From the NCBI GenBank assembly GCA_045649265.1, contig JAZRPO010000006.1, forward strand, positions 245-64,244: a stretch of DNA of 64,000 nt, read 5' to 3'. Shown here piece after piece: positions 16,470-27,834 of this stretch (position 1 is the first letter of the stretch; each line of letters begins with the position of its first letter). A program made the translations under genes and the position numbers. The notes under the pieces are model-generated. The model was not told the origin of the DNA. It searched no databases and was given only the letters and a program-made list of their open reading frames with translations. Source of the stretch: Eubacteriales bacterium (lineage in GTDB: Bacteria > Bacillota > Clostridia > Oscillospirales > JAAYXM01).

Positions 16470-16627
16470 ACTAAAGCACCTCCAAAACTAAAAAGCACGG
16501 GTAAACTGTACCCGTGCTCATAAAGTCTGAAAATAACGGCAATTATGCCAAAACAGAGACAATATTAACCTCTTTACAATTGTTTGAGGTGAGGACGGGA
16601 AAGCCCTACTTTCTTCTTAACGTTGGT
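16470..16627 (-). promoter_or_regulatory. infC-rpmI-rplT leader with terminator/attenuator hairpin (L20-leader-type)
   Basis: The leader is about 150 nt, between the promoter and the RBS. Hairpin AGCACGGGTA...TACCCGTGCT (16494-16518) is followed on the minus strand by TTTTTAGTTTT, immediately before the infC RBS. This location matches the Firmicute L20 leader; the covariance model was not run. Confidence 0.5.
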
Positions 16628-16656
16628 AGTATATCACGATAAGATAATTTTGTCAA
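16628..16656 (-). promoter_or_regulatory. Sigma-70-type promoter of the infC operon
   Basis: On the minus strand: TTGACA (16656-16651), a 17-nt spacer, TATACT (16633-16628). Confidence 0.6.
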
Positions 16657-16673
16657 GAAAAAGAAGTATATTT

Positions 16674-17984
16674 TTACAATAAATCATTGGAAATAAGATC
16701 ATCATACGTTTCTCTCTTTACAACAAGCCTATCTTTCCCACCTTTTATCATAACAACCGGAGGGCGCGGAACTCTGTTGTAATTTGATGACATTGAATAA
16801 TTGTATGCGCCTGTCGTAAGAACGGCGAGCATATCCCCTGCCGAAATCTCAGGCAGTTGTATATTCTCACCAAGCAAATCTCCGCTCTCACAGTTGCGCC
16901 CTGCAATCGTATATGTGTTTACTGGTTCCTCAAGCGGGCGATGCGGCAAAAGCATTGAATATTCGGAATGATAAAGTGCATAGCGAGGGTTGTCCGTCAT
17001 TCCTCCATCAACCGAAACATATGTCCTTATACCTTCAATTTTTTTTACAGAGCCGACGGTGTAGACGGTAATTCCCGCATCTGCAACAATTGAACGCCCG
17101 GGCTCAATTGAAAGGAAAGGAAGGCTTAAACCGAGAGCAGCTGCCTCTTTCTTGACAACATCCGTAAAGTTTCTGACAGAGGAAATGATTTTCTGGGGGT
17201 CATCCTTTTCAACGTATCTGACTCCAAATCCTCCGCCGAGATTCAATCCTGAAACCTCAAAACCAAGCTCGTTCTTGATTTTTGCAATAAACTTCATCAT
17301 TATACTTGCTGCATGAGCAAAAGGCTCTGAATCAAAAATCTGGGAGCCGATATGACAGTGAAGGCCAATAAGCCTTATATTTTTAAGCTTCAAAGCATCC
17401 GAAACTATTTCAAAAGCTTCGCCGTTTTCAAGTGCAACGCCAAATTTCGAATCAATCTGGCCTGTTTTCACAAAATCGTGCGTATGTGCATCTACTCCCG
17501 GTTTTACCCTGAATGAAATATTTGCAACTTGGGAAAGCTTTTCAGCCTCTTCGTTTATTGCATAAAGCTCTTCGCGATTATCTACTATAAACTCTTTAAT
17601 GTTGTTTTTTAGAGCAAAGGAAATTTCCTCGCGGGTTTTGTTGTTGCCGTGAAAGGAAATTTTTTCAGAAGGAAAATTTGCAGCGAGTGCAGTAAAAAGC
17701 TCTCCTCCTGAAACAACGTCAGCCCCTAGGCCTTCTTCTTCAATAATTTTATAAATCGCTTTTGTGGAAAAAGCCTTGCTTGCGTAATGAACTGAAAATC
17801 TTTCACCATAGCACTGCGACATAGCATCAATATAAAGCTTGCAGGTGCGCCGAATTTTTTCCTCATCCATAATATAGAGAGGTGTTCCGTATTTTTCAGT
17901 TAGAGAAACGACATCTGCGCCGCCGATTGTAAGATGACCAATATTATTTACGGACAACGAATCTGAAATAAACAATTCTGACAC
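16674..17984 (-). CDS. lysA: Diaminopimelate decarboxylase
   Basis: PLP-lysine context HYASKAF, GGGFG, CESGD, about 436 aa. Confidence 0.9.
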   Translation of the reverse strand: MSELFISDSLSVNNIGHLTIGGADVVSLTEKYGTPLYIMDEEKIRRTCKLYIDAMSQCYGERFSVHYASKAFSTKAIYKIIEEEGLGADVVSGGELFTALAANFPSEKISFHGNNKTREEISFALKNNIKEFIVDNREELYAINEEAEKLSQVANISFRVKPGVDAHTHDFVKTGQIDSKFGVALENGEAFEIVSDALKLKNIRLIGLHCHIGSQIFDSEPFAHAASIMMKFIAKIKNELGFEVSGLNLGGGFGVRYVEKDDPQKIISSVRNFTDVVKKEAAALGLSLPFLSIEPGRSIVADAGITVYTVGSVKKIEGIRTYVSVDGGMTDNPRYALYHSEYSMLLPHRPLEEPVNTYTIAGRNCESGDLLGENIQLPEISAGDMLAVLTTGAYNYSMSSNYNRVPRPPVVMIKGGKDRLVVKRETYDDLISNDLL

Positions 17985-17993
17985 CTCCTGTAT

Positions 17994-18596
17994 TTATTCA
18001 AGTGAATTTTGGATAACCCGCACAAGCTCATCTTTGCCTGCTCCCTTTTCTGCGGAAAACGGAATAATGATTTCTATGGGAATATTAAGCGTGTCCGAAA
18101 TAAGCTTCAAAGCCTCGGAAACTTGACTTTTTTTAAGCTTATCCAATTTATTGGCAATAACATAAAATGGCATTTCTGACTGAATAAACCAGTTCGCCAT
18201 TATGATATCGTCATCCGTCGGTTTGTGTCGGATATCGACAATAAAGATACCAAGATTAAATGAATCATCGCGATTCAGATATGTTTCAATAAGTTTTGCC
18301 CATCTCTTTTTTTCACTCATCGAAACTTTTGCATATCCATACCCGGGCAAATCTACAAAATATGCCTTTTTATCAATAAGAAAATAGTTGATGTGTATTG
18401 TTTTTCCCGGAGAAGCTCCGACTCTCGCAAAGTTTTTTCTGTTTAAAACTCTGTTTATAACAGAGGACTTCCCCACGTTTGATTTTCCGGCAAAAATAAT
18501 CTGCGGAAAGTCGGTTTCAATAAATCCTGCCGGGGTTGCGGCAGACTTGACAAATTCTGCGATATGCAAATTAAGATTGGGCTTTCCTGTCATAAC
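17994..18596 (-). CDS. engB: Ribosome biogenesis GTP-binding protein YsxC/EngB
   Basis: G1 GKSNVGKSS and DLPGYGYA are present, and the position after lon is conserved. I prefer the ATG at 18596 (GGAG RBS), which also removes the overlap with lon. Confidence 0.85.
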   Translation of the reverse strand, partial: VMTGKPNLNLHIAEFVKSAATPAGFIETDFPQIIFAGKSNVGKSSVINRVLNRKNFARVGASPGKTIHINYFLIDKKAYFVDLPGYGYAKVSMSEKKRWAKLIETYLNRDDSFNLGIFIVDIRHKPTDDDIIMANWFIQSEMPFYVIANKLDKLKKSQVSEALKLISDTLNIPIEIIIPFSAEKGAGKDELVRVIQNSLE

Positions 18597-18604
18597 CTTT
18601 TCTC

Positions 18605-21028
18605 CTATTGCCTGATTCCTCTGATTTCTCCGCATGGACGGGAATCTTCGGCAAGTGATGTATAAGCTTCTTCTGCATTTTTCGGGCTGTCTGTCGGTTC
18701 AGGAAGATCTATTGCACATCTGATAACCTGGTCAGCATGGCTTACGGGGCAAAAAGAAAGCTCTTTTCTCACTGTCTTGTCTATCTCATCGAGGTCCTTA
18801 ATATTATCCTCAGGAATGATGACGGTTTTAATTCCGTGTCGATAAGCCGCCATTGTTTTTTCTTTGAGGCCTCCTATTGCAAGAACTCTGCCACGGATGG
18901 AGATTTCACCAGTCATTGCAATATCATTCTTTGCGGGAGCTCCCACGAGCGCCGAAACAAGCGCGGTTGCGATAGTAATTCCCGCAGATGGACCATCCTT
19001 CGGGATTGCACCTTCAGGAAAATGAATGTGAATATCACGTGTTTTATAAAAATCAGGTGTAATGTTATATTGCTTTACACGACTTCTGACGTATGTCAGA
19101 GCTGCTTTTGCGGATTCACTCATAACAGTTCCGAGATTTCCGGTGATCTCAATCTTTCCGGTGCCCTCAGTGACATTAACTTCAACTTCAAGCATCTCAC
19201 CTCCGACTGAAGTCCATGCAAGACCGTTAACAACTCCTGGCTCGGTACCGCCGGAGATCCCTTCCTGTTTAAACTTTTCAACACCGAGAAAATCAGAAAC
19301 ATTATTTGCCGTTATTTTAACTTTTTCAGTATTTCCAGAAACAATAAGCTTTGCAACTTTTCTCATGATTGTTCCGATTTCGCGTTCAAGAGTTCTCACT
19401 CCCGCTTCGCGTGTATAGCTTGAAATTATCTTATAAATTGCATCATCAGTGATTTTGACGAGAGAAGAATTGATGCCGTTTTTAATCATTTGCTTCTTAA
19501 TGAGATAATTTCTGGCTATTTGGAACTTATCCTCGACAGTATAGCTTGTTAATTCTATAACCTCCATTCTGTCAAGAAGCGGAAGCGGAATTGTTGATGT
19601 TGTATTTGCGGTTGTTATGAAGAAAATATCTGATAAATCAAAAGGAACTTCGAGATAATGGTCGCGGAATGCTATGTTCTGCTCGGAATCAAGAACTTCA
19701 AGCATCGCAGCTGATGGGTCTCCTCTGAAATCGCTTGACATTTTATCGATTTCATCAAGAAGAATCAAGGCATTTTTAGAGCCGGCGAGCTTAACTGCGT
19801 TCATAATTCTACCAGGCATTGCACCGATATAGGTTTTTCTATGCCCCCTGATATCGGCCTCATCACGCACTCCGCCAAGAGAGAGCCTCGCAAACTTTCT
19901 GCCCATTGCATCAGCAATACTCTTCCCTATTGACGTTTTTCCCACACCCGGAGGGCCGACAAGACAGATTATCTGGCTGTTTCCTTTTGGAGCAAGCTGC
20001 TTAACTGCAAGAGTTTCAAGAATTCGCTCTTTAACCTTATCCATTCCGTAATGTTCACGGTCAAGAATTTTTTGTGCCGCAGAAAGGCTCAGCTTATTTT
20101 TTGTTGACTTGTTCCACGGGAGTTCTAACACCGAATCAAGGTAGGCACGGATTACACCGCTTTCGGGCGAATTAACCTGCATTTTACGAAGTCTTCCTGC
20201 TTCCTTAATGAGCTTTTCGGAAATTTCCTCAGTGAGCTTAAGAGCTTCAATTCTTGAGATATATTCCTCGTATTCACTTTCGTTCTCATCGCCATCGCCA
20301 AGCTCATCATGAATGGCTTTCATTTGCTCACGGAGAAAGTAATCCCGCTGATTTTTGTCCATTTGTTCCTGAACCTTGCCGGCAATGCTTGTTTCAACCT
20401 TATAAATTTCAAGTTCACGAAGAAGAAGCTTGTGTACAAGAAAAAGACGCTTGTATGGGTGAAGCTCCTCTAAAACCATTTGTTTATTAGTGAATCTTGA
20501 CGGTATACTTTGCGCGATGTAGTCGGCGAGATCACCCATGCTTTCTGCTGAAATAACATTAAGCATAACATCATTTGAAAGCTTTGGAGCAAACTCAATA
20601 TATTCTGAAAAAAGATCCTGAGTGGTTCGCACAAGCGCCTCACACTTAACGGTGTTTTCCCTTGGTTTTGGAATTGCAAGCTCCTCAACCTCAGCTTCCA
20701 TAAAGGGTTCTGTATGAATGATTTTAAGTATTTTTGCTCTGTAAACTCCCTCAACGAGAACTCTTGTGTTGTTGGCAGGAAATTTGAGAACCTGCTTAAC
20801 GCGAGCAACAGTTCCTACCAAATAAATGTCATCAGGCTTTGGATTATCAGTTCTGATTTCTTTTTGTGCGACTAAAAAAATATTCTGGTCCTTAGCCATT
20901 GCACTGTCAAGAGATTTCATGGATTTATCACGCCCAACGTCGAAGTTGAGCATCATATGCGGAAATGCCGTAAGTCCGCGAAGCGGAAGAATCGGCATTA
21001 TACTTCTCCTCATTGTATTTTCAGGCAT
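18605..21028 (-). CDS. lon: ATP-dependent protease Lon (LonA)
   Basis: LON N-domain, Walker [10 protein letters not shown], catalytic Ser in [10 protein letters not shown]. An alternative start is at 20998 (MPILPLRG). Confidence 0.95.
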   Translation of the reverse strand: MPENTMRRSIMPILPLRGLTAFPHMMLNFDVGRDKSMKSLDSAMAKDQNIFLVAQKEIRTDNPKPDDIYLVGTVARVKQVLKFPANNTRVLVEGVYRAKILKIIHTEPFMEAEVEELAIPKPRENTVKCEALVRTTQDLFSEYIEFAPKLSNDVMLNVISAESMGDLADYIAQSIPSRFTNKQMVLEELHPYKRLFLVHKLLLRELEIYKVETSIAGKVQEQMDKNQRDYFLREQMKAIHDELGDGDENESEYEEYISRIEALKLTEEISEKLIKEAGRLRKMQVNSPESGVIRAYLDSVLELPWNKSTKNKLSLSAAQKILDREHYGMDKVKERILETLAVKQLAPKGNSQIICLVGPPGVGKTSIGKSIADAMGRKFARLSLGGVRDEADIRGHRKTYIGAMPGRIMNAVKLAGSKNALILLDEIDKMSSDFRGDPSAAMLEVLDSEQNIAFRDHYLEVPFDLSDIFFITTANTTSTIPLPLLDRMEVIELTSYTVEDKFQIARNYLIKKQMIKNGINSSLVKITDDAIYKIISSYTREAGVRTLEREIGTIMRKVAKLIVSGNTEKVKITANNVSDFLGVEKFKQEGISGGTEPGVVNGLAWTSVGGEMLEVEVNVTEGTGKIEITGNLGTVMSESAKAALTYVRSRVKQYNITPDFYKTRDIHIHFPEGAIPKDGPSAGITIATALVSALVGAPAKNDIAMTGEISIRGRVLAIGGLKEKTMAAYRHGIKTVIIPEDNIKDLDEIDKTVRKELSFCPVSHADQVIRCAIDLPEPTDSPKNAEEAYTSLAEDSRPCGEIRGIRQ

Positions 21029-21041
21029 GATATTTTCTCCT

Positions 21042-22292
21042 TTACTGTGCCGTTTTAATCTCTTTTCTTACGATTTTAGGTTTGCCTTTTTTGTCGATAG
21101 AAGCTTTTGTAACGGTGATACTTACGATATCAGGGTCAGACGGCACGTCATACATGATCTTCTGCATAACGCCCTCTAAAACCGCTCGCAGTCCTCTGGC
21201 TCCGATTCCTCGCTCTATTGCAAGCTCAGCAACTCTTTCAAGCGCTTTTTGTTCAAAGAAAAGCTTGACACCGTCCATCTCAAGTAAACGAATATATTGT
21301 TTTGTTAAAGCATTCTTTGGTTTTGTCAATATACTTATCATCGCTTCCTTATCAAGAGGCGAAAGCGGAGCAATGACAGGAAGCCTGCCCACAAGCTCAG
21401 GAATTATTCCGAATTTCAATAAATCATGTGGTTGAACATCTGCAAGAAGCTCGGCTTTATCTTCGTTGCTCTTTGATGAAATTTCGGAAGCAAATCCGAT
21501 TCCGTTTTGCGTTTTTCTCTTGGAGACAACACGTTCTATTCCGTCAAAGGCACCACCGCAGATAAAAAGAATGTTCTTTGTGTCAATTTGTATAAATTCC
21601 TGATGCGGATGCTTGCGCCCTCCCTGAGGCGGAACGTTTGCAACCGTCCCTTCAAGAATCTTCAAAATCGCCTGCTGAACTCCCTCGCCGGAAACATCCC
21701 TGGTTATTGATGTATTTTCACTTTTTCTTGCAATTTTATCAATCTCATCGATAAAGATAATTCCACGTTCTGCAGCTTCGATATCATAATCGGCAGCCTG
21801 GATAAGACGGAGAAGGATGTTTTCAACATCCTCACCAACATAGCCCGCTTCGGTAAGCGTTGTCGCATCCGCAATGGCAAACGGAACATTGAGCATTTTT
21901 GCAAGTGTTTGTGCAAACAAAGTTTTTCCCGAACCGGTCGGACCAATCATCAAAATATTGCTTTTTTGGAGCTCAACATCATTTTCTGCCCTGCTTGAAA
22001 TTCGCTTATAATGATTATATACAGCAACACTTAGAGCGAGCTTCGCTCCCTCCTGACCAACTATATATTCATCAAGTTTTTCGTGGATTTCTCGTGGTTT
22101 TAGAAGTGTAAACTTCTCATCTTGCGCCGGGGTTGATTTCTCATCTTCCTCGCGCATTGAATCAAGGTATGCTTTGCAAACATCAATGCAGTTTTCACAA
22201 ATCGTTCCATTCAACCCGGCGATAGAATGTGTGCCGGGCGTTAATTCTTCACCGCAAAATGTGCAAGTCATTCTAATATTCTTGTCAGACAT
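21042..22292 (-). CDS. clpX: ATP-dependent Clp protease ATP-binding subunit ClpX
   Basis: N-terminal zinc ribbon (CTFCG...CENC), Walker [12 protein letters not shown]-like loop region. Confidence 0.95.
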   Translation of the reverse strand: MSDKNIRMTCTFCGEELTPGTHSIAGLNGTICENCIDVCKAYLDSMREEDEKSTPAQDEKFTLLKPREIHEKLDEYIVGQEGAKLALSVAVYNHYKRISSRAENDVELQKSNILMIGPTGSGKTLFAQTLAKMLNVPFAIADATTLTEAGYVGEDVENILLRLIQAADYDIEAAERGIIFIDEIDKIARKSENTSITRDVSGEGVQQAILKILEGTVANVPPQGGRKHPHQEFIQIDTKNILFICGGAFDGIERVVSKRKTQNGIGFASEISSKSNEDKAELLADVQPHDLLKFGIIPELVGRLPVIAPLSPLDKEAMISILTKPKNALTKQYIRLLEMDGVKLFFEQKALERVAELAIERGIGARGLRAVLEGVMQKIMYDVPSDPDIVSITVTKASIDKKGKPKIVRKEIKTAQ

Positions 22293-22316
22293 ACGTTACT
22301 CCGTTCTCAAAAAGGA

Positions 22317-22901
22317 TTATTGTCTTTTTGAAATAACTTTATCAATAAGGCCGTATTCCTTAGCTTCTTCCGCGGTCATAAAATTATCTCTTTCGGTGTC
22401 TTGCTCGATAACTTCAAGTGACTTTCCGGTAAATTCTGAGAGTTTTTTATTAAGCTGTTCCTTAATTCTGATGATGCGGTCAGCGTGAATTTTTATATCG
22501 GTTGCCTGTCCCTGCATTCCTGAAAGCGGCTGATGAATCATTATTTCGGAATTTGGAAGAGCCAGACGCTTTCCAGGAGCACCCGCAGCAAGTAAGAATG
22601 CGCCCATTGAAGCCGCCATACCTACGCAAATCGTTGAAACATCACATTTGATAAAGTTCATTGTATCAAAAATCGCCATACCGGCAGTTATTGATCCGCC
22701 AGGAGAATTAATATAGAAATAAATATCTTTGTCAGGGTCCTGTGATTCAAGATACAAAAGCTGTGCAACAACGAGCGATGCTGTCACATCGTTGACTTCT
22801 TCTGACAAAATAATAATTCTGTCATTAAGTAAGCGCGAGAAAATATCGTATGAACGCTCGCCACGATTTGTCTGTTCTACTACTACCGGAACTAAACTCA
22901 T
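22317..22901 (-). CDS. clpP: ATP-dependent Clp protease proteolytic subunit ClpP
   Basis: The true start is [25 protein letters not shown] at 22901. Ser (GMAASMGA) and His (MIHQP) motifs are present. The longer ORF-track version is a frame artefact of the tig tail. Confidence 0.9.
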   Translation of the reverse strand: MSLVPVVVEQTNRGERSYDIFSRLLNDRIIILSEEVNDVTASLVVAQLLYLESQDPDKDIYFYINSPGGSITAGMAIFDTMNFIKCDVSTICVGMAASMGAFLLAAGAPGKRLALPNSEIMIHQPLSGMQGQATDIKIHADRIIRIKEQLNKKLSEFTGKSLEVIEQDTERDNFMTAEEAKEYGLIDKVISKRQ

Positions 22902-22995
22902 TATATTCACACTCCTGTCAATTTTCAAAGATAGGCGCGAGGAAAACTCCTCCCGCCTATCCCAACGTATAATATTATGCTCAAATACTGGAAAA

Positions 22996-24492
22996 TTATT
23001 CTTTATCTGCAGCCTTTTTAGCCGTAGTTTTCTTAGCAGTTGTTGTCTTTGTTGCTGCTTCTTTTTTTGTGGAAGTTGATTTTGCTGTTGAAGTAGTCTT
23101 TTTAGCAGTAGTTGACTTTGTTTCTCCTGTTTTCTTAGTAGTTGTTTTTGCAGTAGTCTTTTTCTCAGCCGGCTTTGCTTCACCGTCTGCCTTCTTTGCT
23201 GCTGCCTTCTTCTCAGGAGCGATTGCCACTGCATTTTCACGAAGGAAAGCGAGAGCTTTTATTGTGTAGAGGTCGCTCTTCATTGCATCTGCAGAGAGGA
23301 AGCTGCGAATTCTCTCTACCGGCATACCGTACTGCTCAGAGAGCTTTGTGTATTCCGCTTCAACATCCTCGTCAGTCGGTTCAAGCTTTTCCTTCTTTGC
23401 GATTGTCTCAAGCGCAAGGCTTGACTTAACCTGCTCAATAGCCTGGTCGCGGAAGTTCTTGCGGAAGTCTTCAATATTTGACTGCATCATTTCAAGGTAC
23501 TTTTCGAGTGTTATTCCCTGCATCTGGAGACGCTGAGCAAAATCGTTGCAAATGTTGTTAAGCTGATTTTCAATCATAACATCAGGAATTTCAACCTTCA
23601 TCTCAGAAACGATTTTCTTCATTATAGCAGCTTCAAATACTTCGTTTGACATTCTCTCGCGACTCTCGCGGATTTTGGACTGTATGTTCTTTTTAAGCTC
23701 ATCGAGTGTTTCAAACTCAGAAACATCTTTTGCAAACTCATCATCAGCAACAGGAAGCTCTGTTTCCTTAACCTCATGAACCTTAACTTTGAAAACAGCT
23801 TCCTTGCCTGAGAGGTCATCAGCGTGATATTCCTTCGGGAACGTAACATTAACATCACACTCATCTCCCGCATTCTTGCCGATAAGCTGAGCTTCAAATC
23901 CCGGAATAAACTGATTTGAACCGAGCTTTAAGCTGTGATTCTCACCCTTGCCGCCTTCGAATGCAACGCCGTCAACAAAGCCTTCAAAATCAATGATAAC
24001 GGTATCGCCGTCAACCGCAGCACGCTCTACGGACACAAGGCGGGCATTCTTTTCAAGCATAACCGAAAGCTCTGCATCGACATCTTTCTTGGTAACGGAA
24101 ACAGCCGGCTTTTCAGCTTCTATTCCCTTATAATTTTCAAGAGAAACCTCGGGCTTTACGGTAACTGTTGTCTTCATTATAAAGCCATCATCACTAACAT
24201 CAACAAGCTCAACCTCCGGATAATCAACCGGCTCAATTCCGCTTTCCTTAACTGCGGCTTCATATGCATCGGGATATGCAATATTGATAGCATCCTCTGT
24301 AAATACACCTGCGCCGTACATGCGCTCAATCATAGCTCTGGGAGCTTTGCCCTTTCTAAAGCCAGGAATTGTGATTTTTGCTTTGTTTTTGAGGTATGCT
24401 TTGTTCATAGCATCAGCAAATTCAGGCTTCTCTACCTGGATTTCGAGACACACCTTTCCGTTCTCGAGTTTTTCTGTTGATTTCAACTGCAT
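22996..24492 (-). CDS. tig: Trigger factor with an unusual about-75-aa Lys/Thr/Ala-rich C-terminal tail
   Basis: The N-terminal ribosome-binding motif GFRKGKAP, an FKBP-type PPIase domain and a C-terminal arm domain are present. These are followed by the low-complexity tail [38 protein letters not shown]... Confidence 0.9.
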   Translation of the reverse strand: MQLKSTEKLENGKVCLEIQVEKPEFADAMNKAYLKNKAKITIPGFRKGKAPRAMIERMYGAGVFTEDAINIAYPDAYEAAVKESGIEPVDYPEVELVDVSDDGFIMKTTVTVKPEVSLENYKGIEAEKPAVSVTKKDVDAELSVMLEKNARLVSVERAAVDGDTVIIDFEGFVDGVAFEGGKGENHSLKLGSNQFIPGFEAQLIGKNAGDECDVNVTFPKEYHADDLSGKEAVFKVKVHEVKETELPVADDEFAKDVSEFETLDELKKNIQSKIRESRERMSNEVFEAAIMKKIVSEMKVEIPDVMIENQLNNICNDFAQRLQMQGITLEKYLEMMQSNIEDFRKNFRDQAIEQVKSSLALETIAKKEKLEPTDEDVEAEYTKLSEQYGMPVERIRSFLSADAMKSDLYTIKALAFLRENAVAIAPEKKAAAKKADGEAKPAEKKTTAKTTTKKTGETKSTTAKKTTSTAKSTSTKKEAATKTTTAKKTTAKKAADKE

Positions 24493-24643
24493 TTGAGATC
24501 ATTCCTTTCGAATCCGTTATAACCTAATTATTGTAACAGATTTTAACTAAATTTTCCACATATTTTTTGTTTTTTTTAAAATTTTTTTATCTTTCGTTGT
24601 TTTGACAGAGTTTTAATGCGTAAAAGCTCAGAAAATTGTGCTT

Positions 24644-25333
24644 TTATACTATTAAAAGCGGGCTAAATTTCAGATAATCCGCAGAAACGAGCTTGTATTC
24701 CACATTTTTATGGCTCCCGAGAAAAGCGCTTTTATGTCCGCTGCCGTGCAGATGCCCGTAAAAACAAGTGCTGACCCCGAACTCGGAGAGCATATCTGTA
24801 ATCTCTCCGCATTCATACCCTGTTGCGATTGGCGGGTAATGTAAAAAGCATAATATTTTTTTCGGAGAGAAGCTTTTGCCCTCTTCAAGCGAACAGCGCA
24901 GGCGTCCTATCTCTCTTTCGTAAATTTTCCGGTTTTTCGCGTCCTCCTGTTCGTAAAACCAGCCCCTTGTTCCGCAAATTGCAACATCACCAACTTTAAA
25001 GGCGTTGTTGTGGAGCAAATCAATCGTTTTAATTTCATTTTCGCAAAAGAAACGTTTTATCTTAGTGGCGGTATCCCACCAATAATCGTGGTTTCCTTTT
25101 GAAATAATTTTTTTTCCGGGGAAGGAATCTATAAGTTTAAAATCAAGCAGAGATTCTTTAAGCGACATCCCCCAGGAAATATCTCCGGAAATGATTGTCA
25201 CATCTTCATCTGAGAGCTGCGAAAAAGCTTGGATAAGCTTATTTTCGTAATCACTCCAGAATTCTCCAAAAACATCCATCGGCTTATTACTTGCCCTTGA
25301 TAGGTGTAAATCTGCTATCGTATAAACAGACAT
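24644..25333 (-). CDS. Metallophosphoesterase family protein
   Basis: ADLHL, GDISW, GNHDYW and GHLHG calcineurin-like phosphoesterase motifs occur in order. Confidence 0.75.
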   Translation of the reverse strand: MSVYTIADLHLSRASNKPMDVFGEFWSDYENKLIQAFSQLSDEDVTIISGDISWGMSLKESLLDFKLIDSFPGKKIISKGNHDYWWDTATKIKRFFCENEIKTIDLLHNNAFKVGDVAICGTRGWFYEQEDAKNRKIYEREIGRLRCSLEEGKSFSPKKILCFLHYPPIATGYECGEITDMLSEFGVSTCFYGHLHGSGHKSAFLGSHKNVEYKLVSADYLKFSPLLIV

Positions 25334-26830
25334 TTAAATTTCTCCATTTGTGAATTTAACGACCATCTCCGGCAAATCCTCACGCGAAGCGGTATTAACA
25401 AAGCGTTCTTCTTTTTCAAAAATCGAAGCAAGCGGAGCCGGGATTTTGTTTCTTGTTGTTTTTGAGAGAATTTCAAGGAGCTCTTCTCCTCCCGAGGAAA
25501 TATCTATACCAAGTGCAGAGAGAACGCTGTCGGCAAATTTAAACGGGCTTGCAGTTGAAGCAAGAAGTGTAACAGCATCATCGCCACTCTGTTTGACATA
25601 TTTCTTGTAAACATTTACAGCAACAGCCGTATGTGTATCTATGAGATAATTATGTTCACTGAAAATTTCAGAGATGGTTTTGAGTGTATCCTCTTCGCTA
25701 CAACATCCACCACAGAAAAGCGCTGAAATCTTTTCAAATATCTCGGAGCTTACCGTATATGCACCATTGCTTGAAAGCTTTGACATATACTTTTTCACAG
25801 TTTTGTCATCGTTGCCTGAGAGATTAAAAATAAGCCTTTCAAGATTACTTGAAATAAGAATATCCATCGCCGGAGAATTTGTTACAAAAAACTCACGGCA
25901 CTTGTCATATTTTCCGGTTTCAAAGAAGTCAGTCAGAACATTATTGGCGTTTGAAGCGCAGATAAATTTCTTTATCGGAACACCCATCTCCCTCGCATAA
26001 AATGCGGCAAGAATGTTGCCGAAGTTTCCGGTGGGAACGCAGACATTAATTTCTTCATTTTCAGTGATTGCACCGCTTTTTAAGAGATCAAAATACCCGG
26101 AAACATAATATGCAATCTGCGGAACTGCGCGCCCCCAGTTAATAGAGTTTGCCGATGAAAAAATGCATCCGTTCCCTGAAGCTTTTGCTCTGATCTCTTC
26201 ATCTGAAAAAATTGTTTTCATGGCAGACTGAACATCATCAAAATTGCCGACAACAGAGGAAACGTAAACGTTATCCCCTTTCTGTGTTGTCATCTGGCGC
26301 TCCTGAATTCTGCTTACGCCATCCTTCGGATAGAAAACTGCGATTTTTGTTCCCTCAACATCAGAAAAACCTTCAAGCGCTGCTTTGCCCGTATCTCCGG
26401 AGGTAGCAACAAGAATGCAAGCAAGTCTCTTTTCGCCTGTTTTCTTTAATGAAGCCGAAAGAAGATACGGCAAAACCTGAAGCGCCATATCCTTGAACGC
26501 ACAGGTAGGCCCGTGCCAGAGTTCAAGAATTCCCAGCTTTTTATCGAGCATATGAACAGGCGCAACATCAGAAGCATCAAACTTTTCAGAGCTATATGCT
26601 TTCTCGGAAAACTCATTTAACTCATCTTCCGAAAAGTCAGTAAGGAACTTTCCAAGAACAAATGCAGCTCTTTGCTGATAAGATGCATTCAAAAGAAAAG
26701 TTTTGTCTTCATCTGTAAGTTTTGGGATGCTTTCAGGGCAAAAAAGACCGCCATCATTGCTTAAACCTTTTACAATTGCCTCAGCTGAACTGAGTTTTAA
26801 AGAGGTATCTCGTGTGCTAAAATATTTCAT
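25334..26830 (-). CDS. thrC: Threonine synthase
   Basis: PLP-lysine motif GPTCAFKDMALQ, about 498 aa (long-form ThrC). Confidence 0.9.
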   Translation of the reverse strand: MKYFSTRDTSLKLSSAEAIVKGLSNDGGLFCPESIPKLTDEDKTFLLNASYQQRAAFVLGKFLTDFSEDELNEFSEKAYSSEKFDASDVAPVHMLDKKLGILELWHGPTCAFKDMALQVLPYLLSASLKKTGEKRLACILVATSGDTGKAALEGFSDVEGTKIAVFYPKDGVSRIQERQMTTQKGDNVYVSSVVGNFDDVQSAMKTIFSDEEIRAKASGNGCIFSSANSINWGRAVPQIAYYVSGYFDLLKSGAITENEEINVCVPTGNFGNILAAFYAREMGVPIKKFICASNANNVLTDFFETGKYDKCREFFVTNSPAMDILISSNLERLIFNLSGNDDKTVKKYMSKLSSNGAYTVSSEIFEKISALFCGGCCSEEDTLKTISEIFSEHNYLIDTHTAVAVNVYKKYVKQSGDDAVTLLASTASPFKFADSVLSALGIDISSGGEELLEILSKTTRNKIPAPLASIFEKEERFVNTASREDLPEMVVKFTNGEI

Positions 26831-26848
26831 ACTAACTCCCTCCAGAAG

Positions 26849-27205
26849 CTAAAATGCATTTTCAATTTGATTGATTGTATATTTTCCCGATGCGCCATCA
26901 GGTGCATATATTTCTATTATATCAAAACGAATGTCTTTTTTTGTTGTATTTTCAGAAAGCCAAAGCTCAGCAGTAGTCCTAAGCTTCCTTTGCTTTGCAA
27001 GAGTAACAAACTCATACGCAGAAGCAAACTTGTCATTCTTACGAAGTTTTACTTCCACAAAAATTACTGAACTTTTATTTTCGGCAATGAGGTCAATTTC
27101 ACCAAAGCGTGTTCGGTAATTTGCAGAAATAATTTGAAATCCCTTTTTCCTCAAAAACTCAGCGGCCTGCGCCTCTCCCCATTTTCCAAGCAAGGATGTT
27201 GTCAT
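26849..27205 (-). CDS. YraN-family (UPF0102) endonuclease-like protein
   Basis: GE..A..FL...G..I...N.R...GEIDLIA......IFVEVK pattern. The position next to rnhB is conserved. Confidence 0.8.
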   Translation of the reverse strand: MTTSLLGKWGEAQAAEFLRKKGFQIISANYRTRFGEIDLIAENKSSVIFVEVKLRKNDKFASAYEFVTLAKQRKLRTTAELWLSENTTKKDIRFDIIEIYAPDGASGKYTINQIENAF

Positions 27206-27822
27206 TTCAAAAGCGCACCGCCTTTGTATTTTTTGAAAAAGCTTCTTCTATGTACCGGGGACAATCCAAAGCTTTCAACACACTCATAATGTAGCTTTGT
27301 GGGATATCCCTTATGCTTTTCAAATTGGTATTGTGGGTATTCCTTTGCAAGCTCTGACATAAATCTGTCACGGCTGACCTTTGCAAGAATAGACGCGGCA
27401 GCAATATTGGCTGATAAGCTATCTCCCTTTACAACATGTTGCATCGGAATATCATAATCAAAAAGCTGATTTCCGTCAATCAGAATATACCCAGGCCGTG
27501 TATCAAGCAGAGAAACTGCCCTTTTCATGGCAATAAGCGATGCGCGAAGAATGTTTATATCGTCAATCTCAGCTTCGCTGCTTTGTGCAATGCCGTATGC
27601 AACCGCCTTTTCACAAATAACATCAAAAAGGAGCTCTCGTTTTTTATCGCTTAACTTTTTCGAGTCATTAAGCCCCTCAATTTCAATCCCCTGCGGAAGA
27701 ATAACCGCAGCGGCAAAAACAGGCCCCGCAAGCGGACCGCGCCCCGCCTCGTCAACTCCGCAGAGATTTGAATATCCTTGTCCAAACAGGCTGTTTTCGA
27801 TTCTCCACAAATTTCCACCCAT
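27202..27822 (-). CDS. rnhB: Ribonuclease HII
   Basis: GVDEAGRGPLAGPV and DSKKLS motifs. Confidence 0.9.
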   Translation of the reverse strand: MGGNLWRIENSLFGQGYSNLCGVDEAGRGPLAGPVFAAAVILPQGIEIEGLNDSKKLSDKKRELLFDVICEKAVAYGIAQSSEAEIDDINILRASLIAMKRAVSLLDTRPGYILIDGNQLFDYDIPMQHVVKGDSLSANIAAASILAKVSRDRFMSELAKEYPQYQFEKHKGYPTKLHYECVESFGLSPVHRRSFFKKYKGGALLK

Positions 27823-27834
27823 AAATATTCTCTC

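Noticed and set aside
22902-23240. N-terminal 113-aa Q/R/K-rich extension of the ClpP ORF (track ORF 22317..23240, [18 protein letters not shown]...).
   Set aside because: It is the alternate reading frame of the repetitive Lys/Thr/Ala tail of tig. ClpP has a canonical start ([25 protein letters not shown]) at 22901, and the extension overlaps the tig coding sequence.
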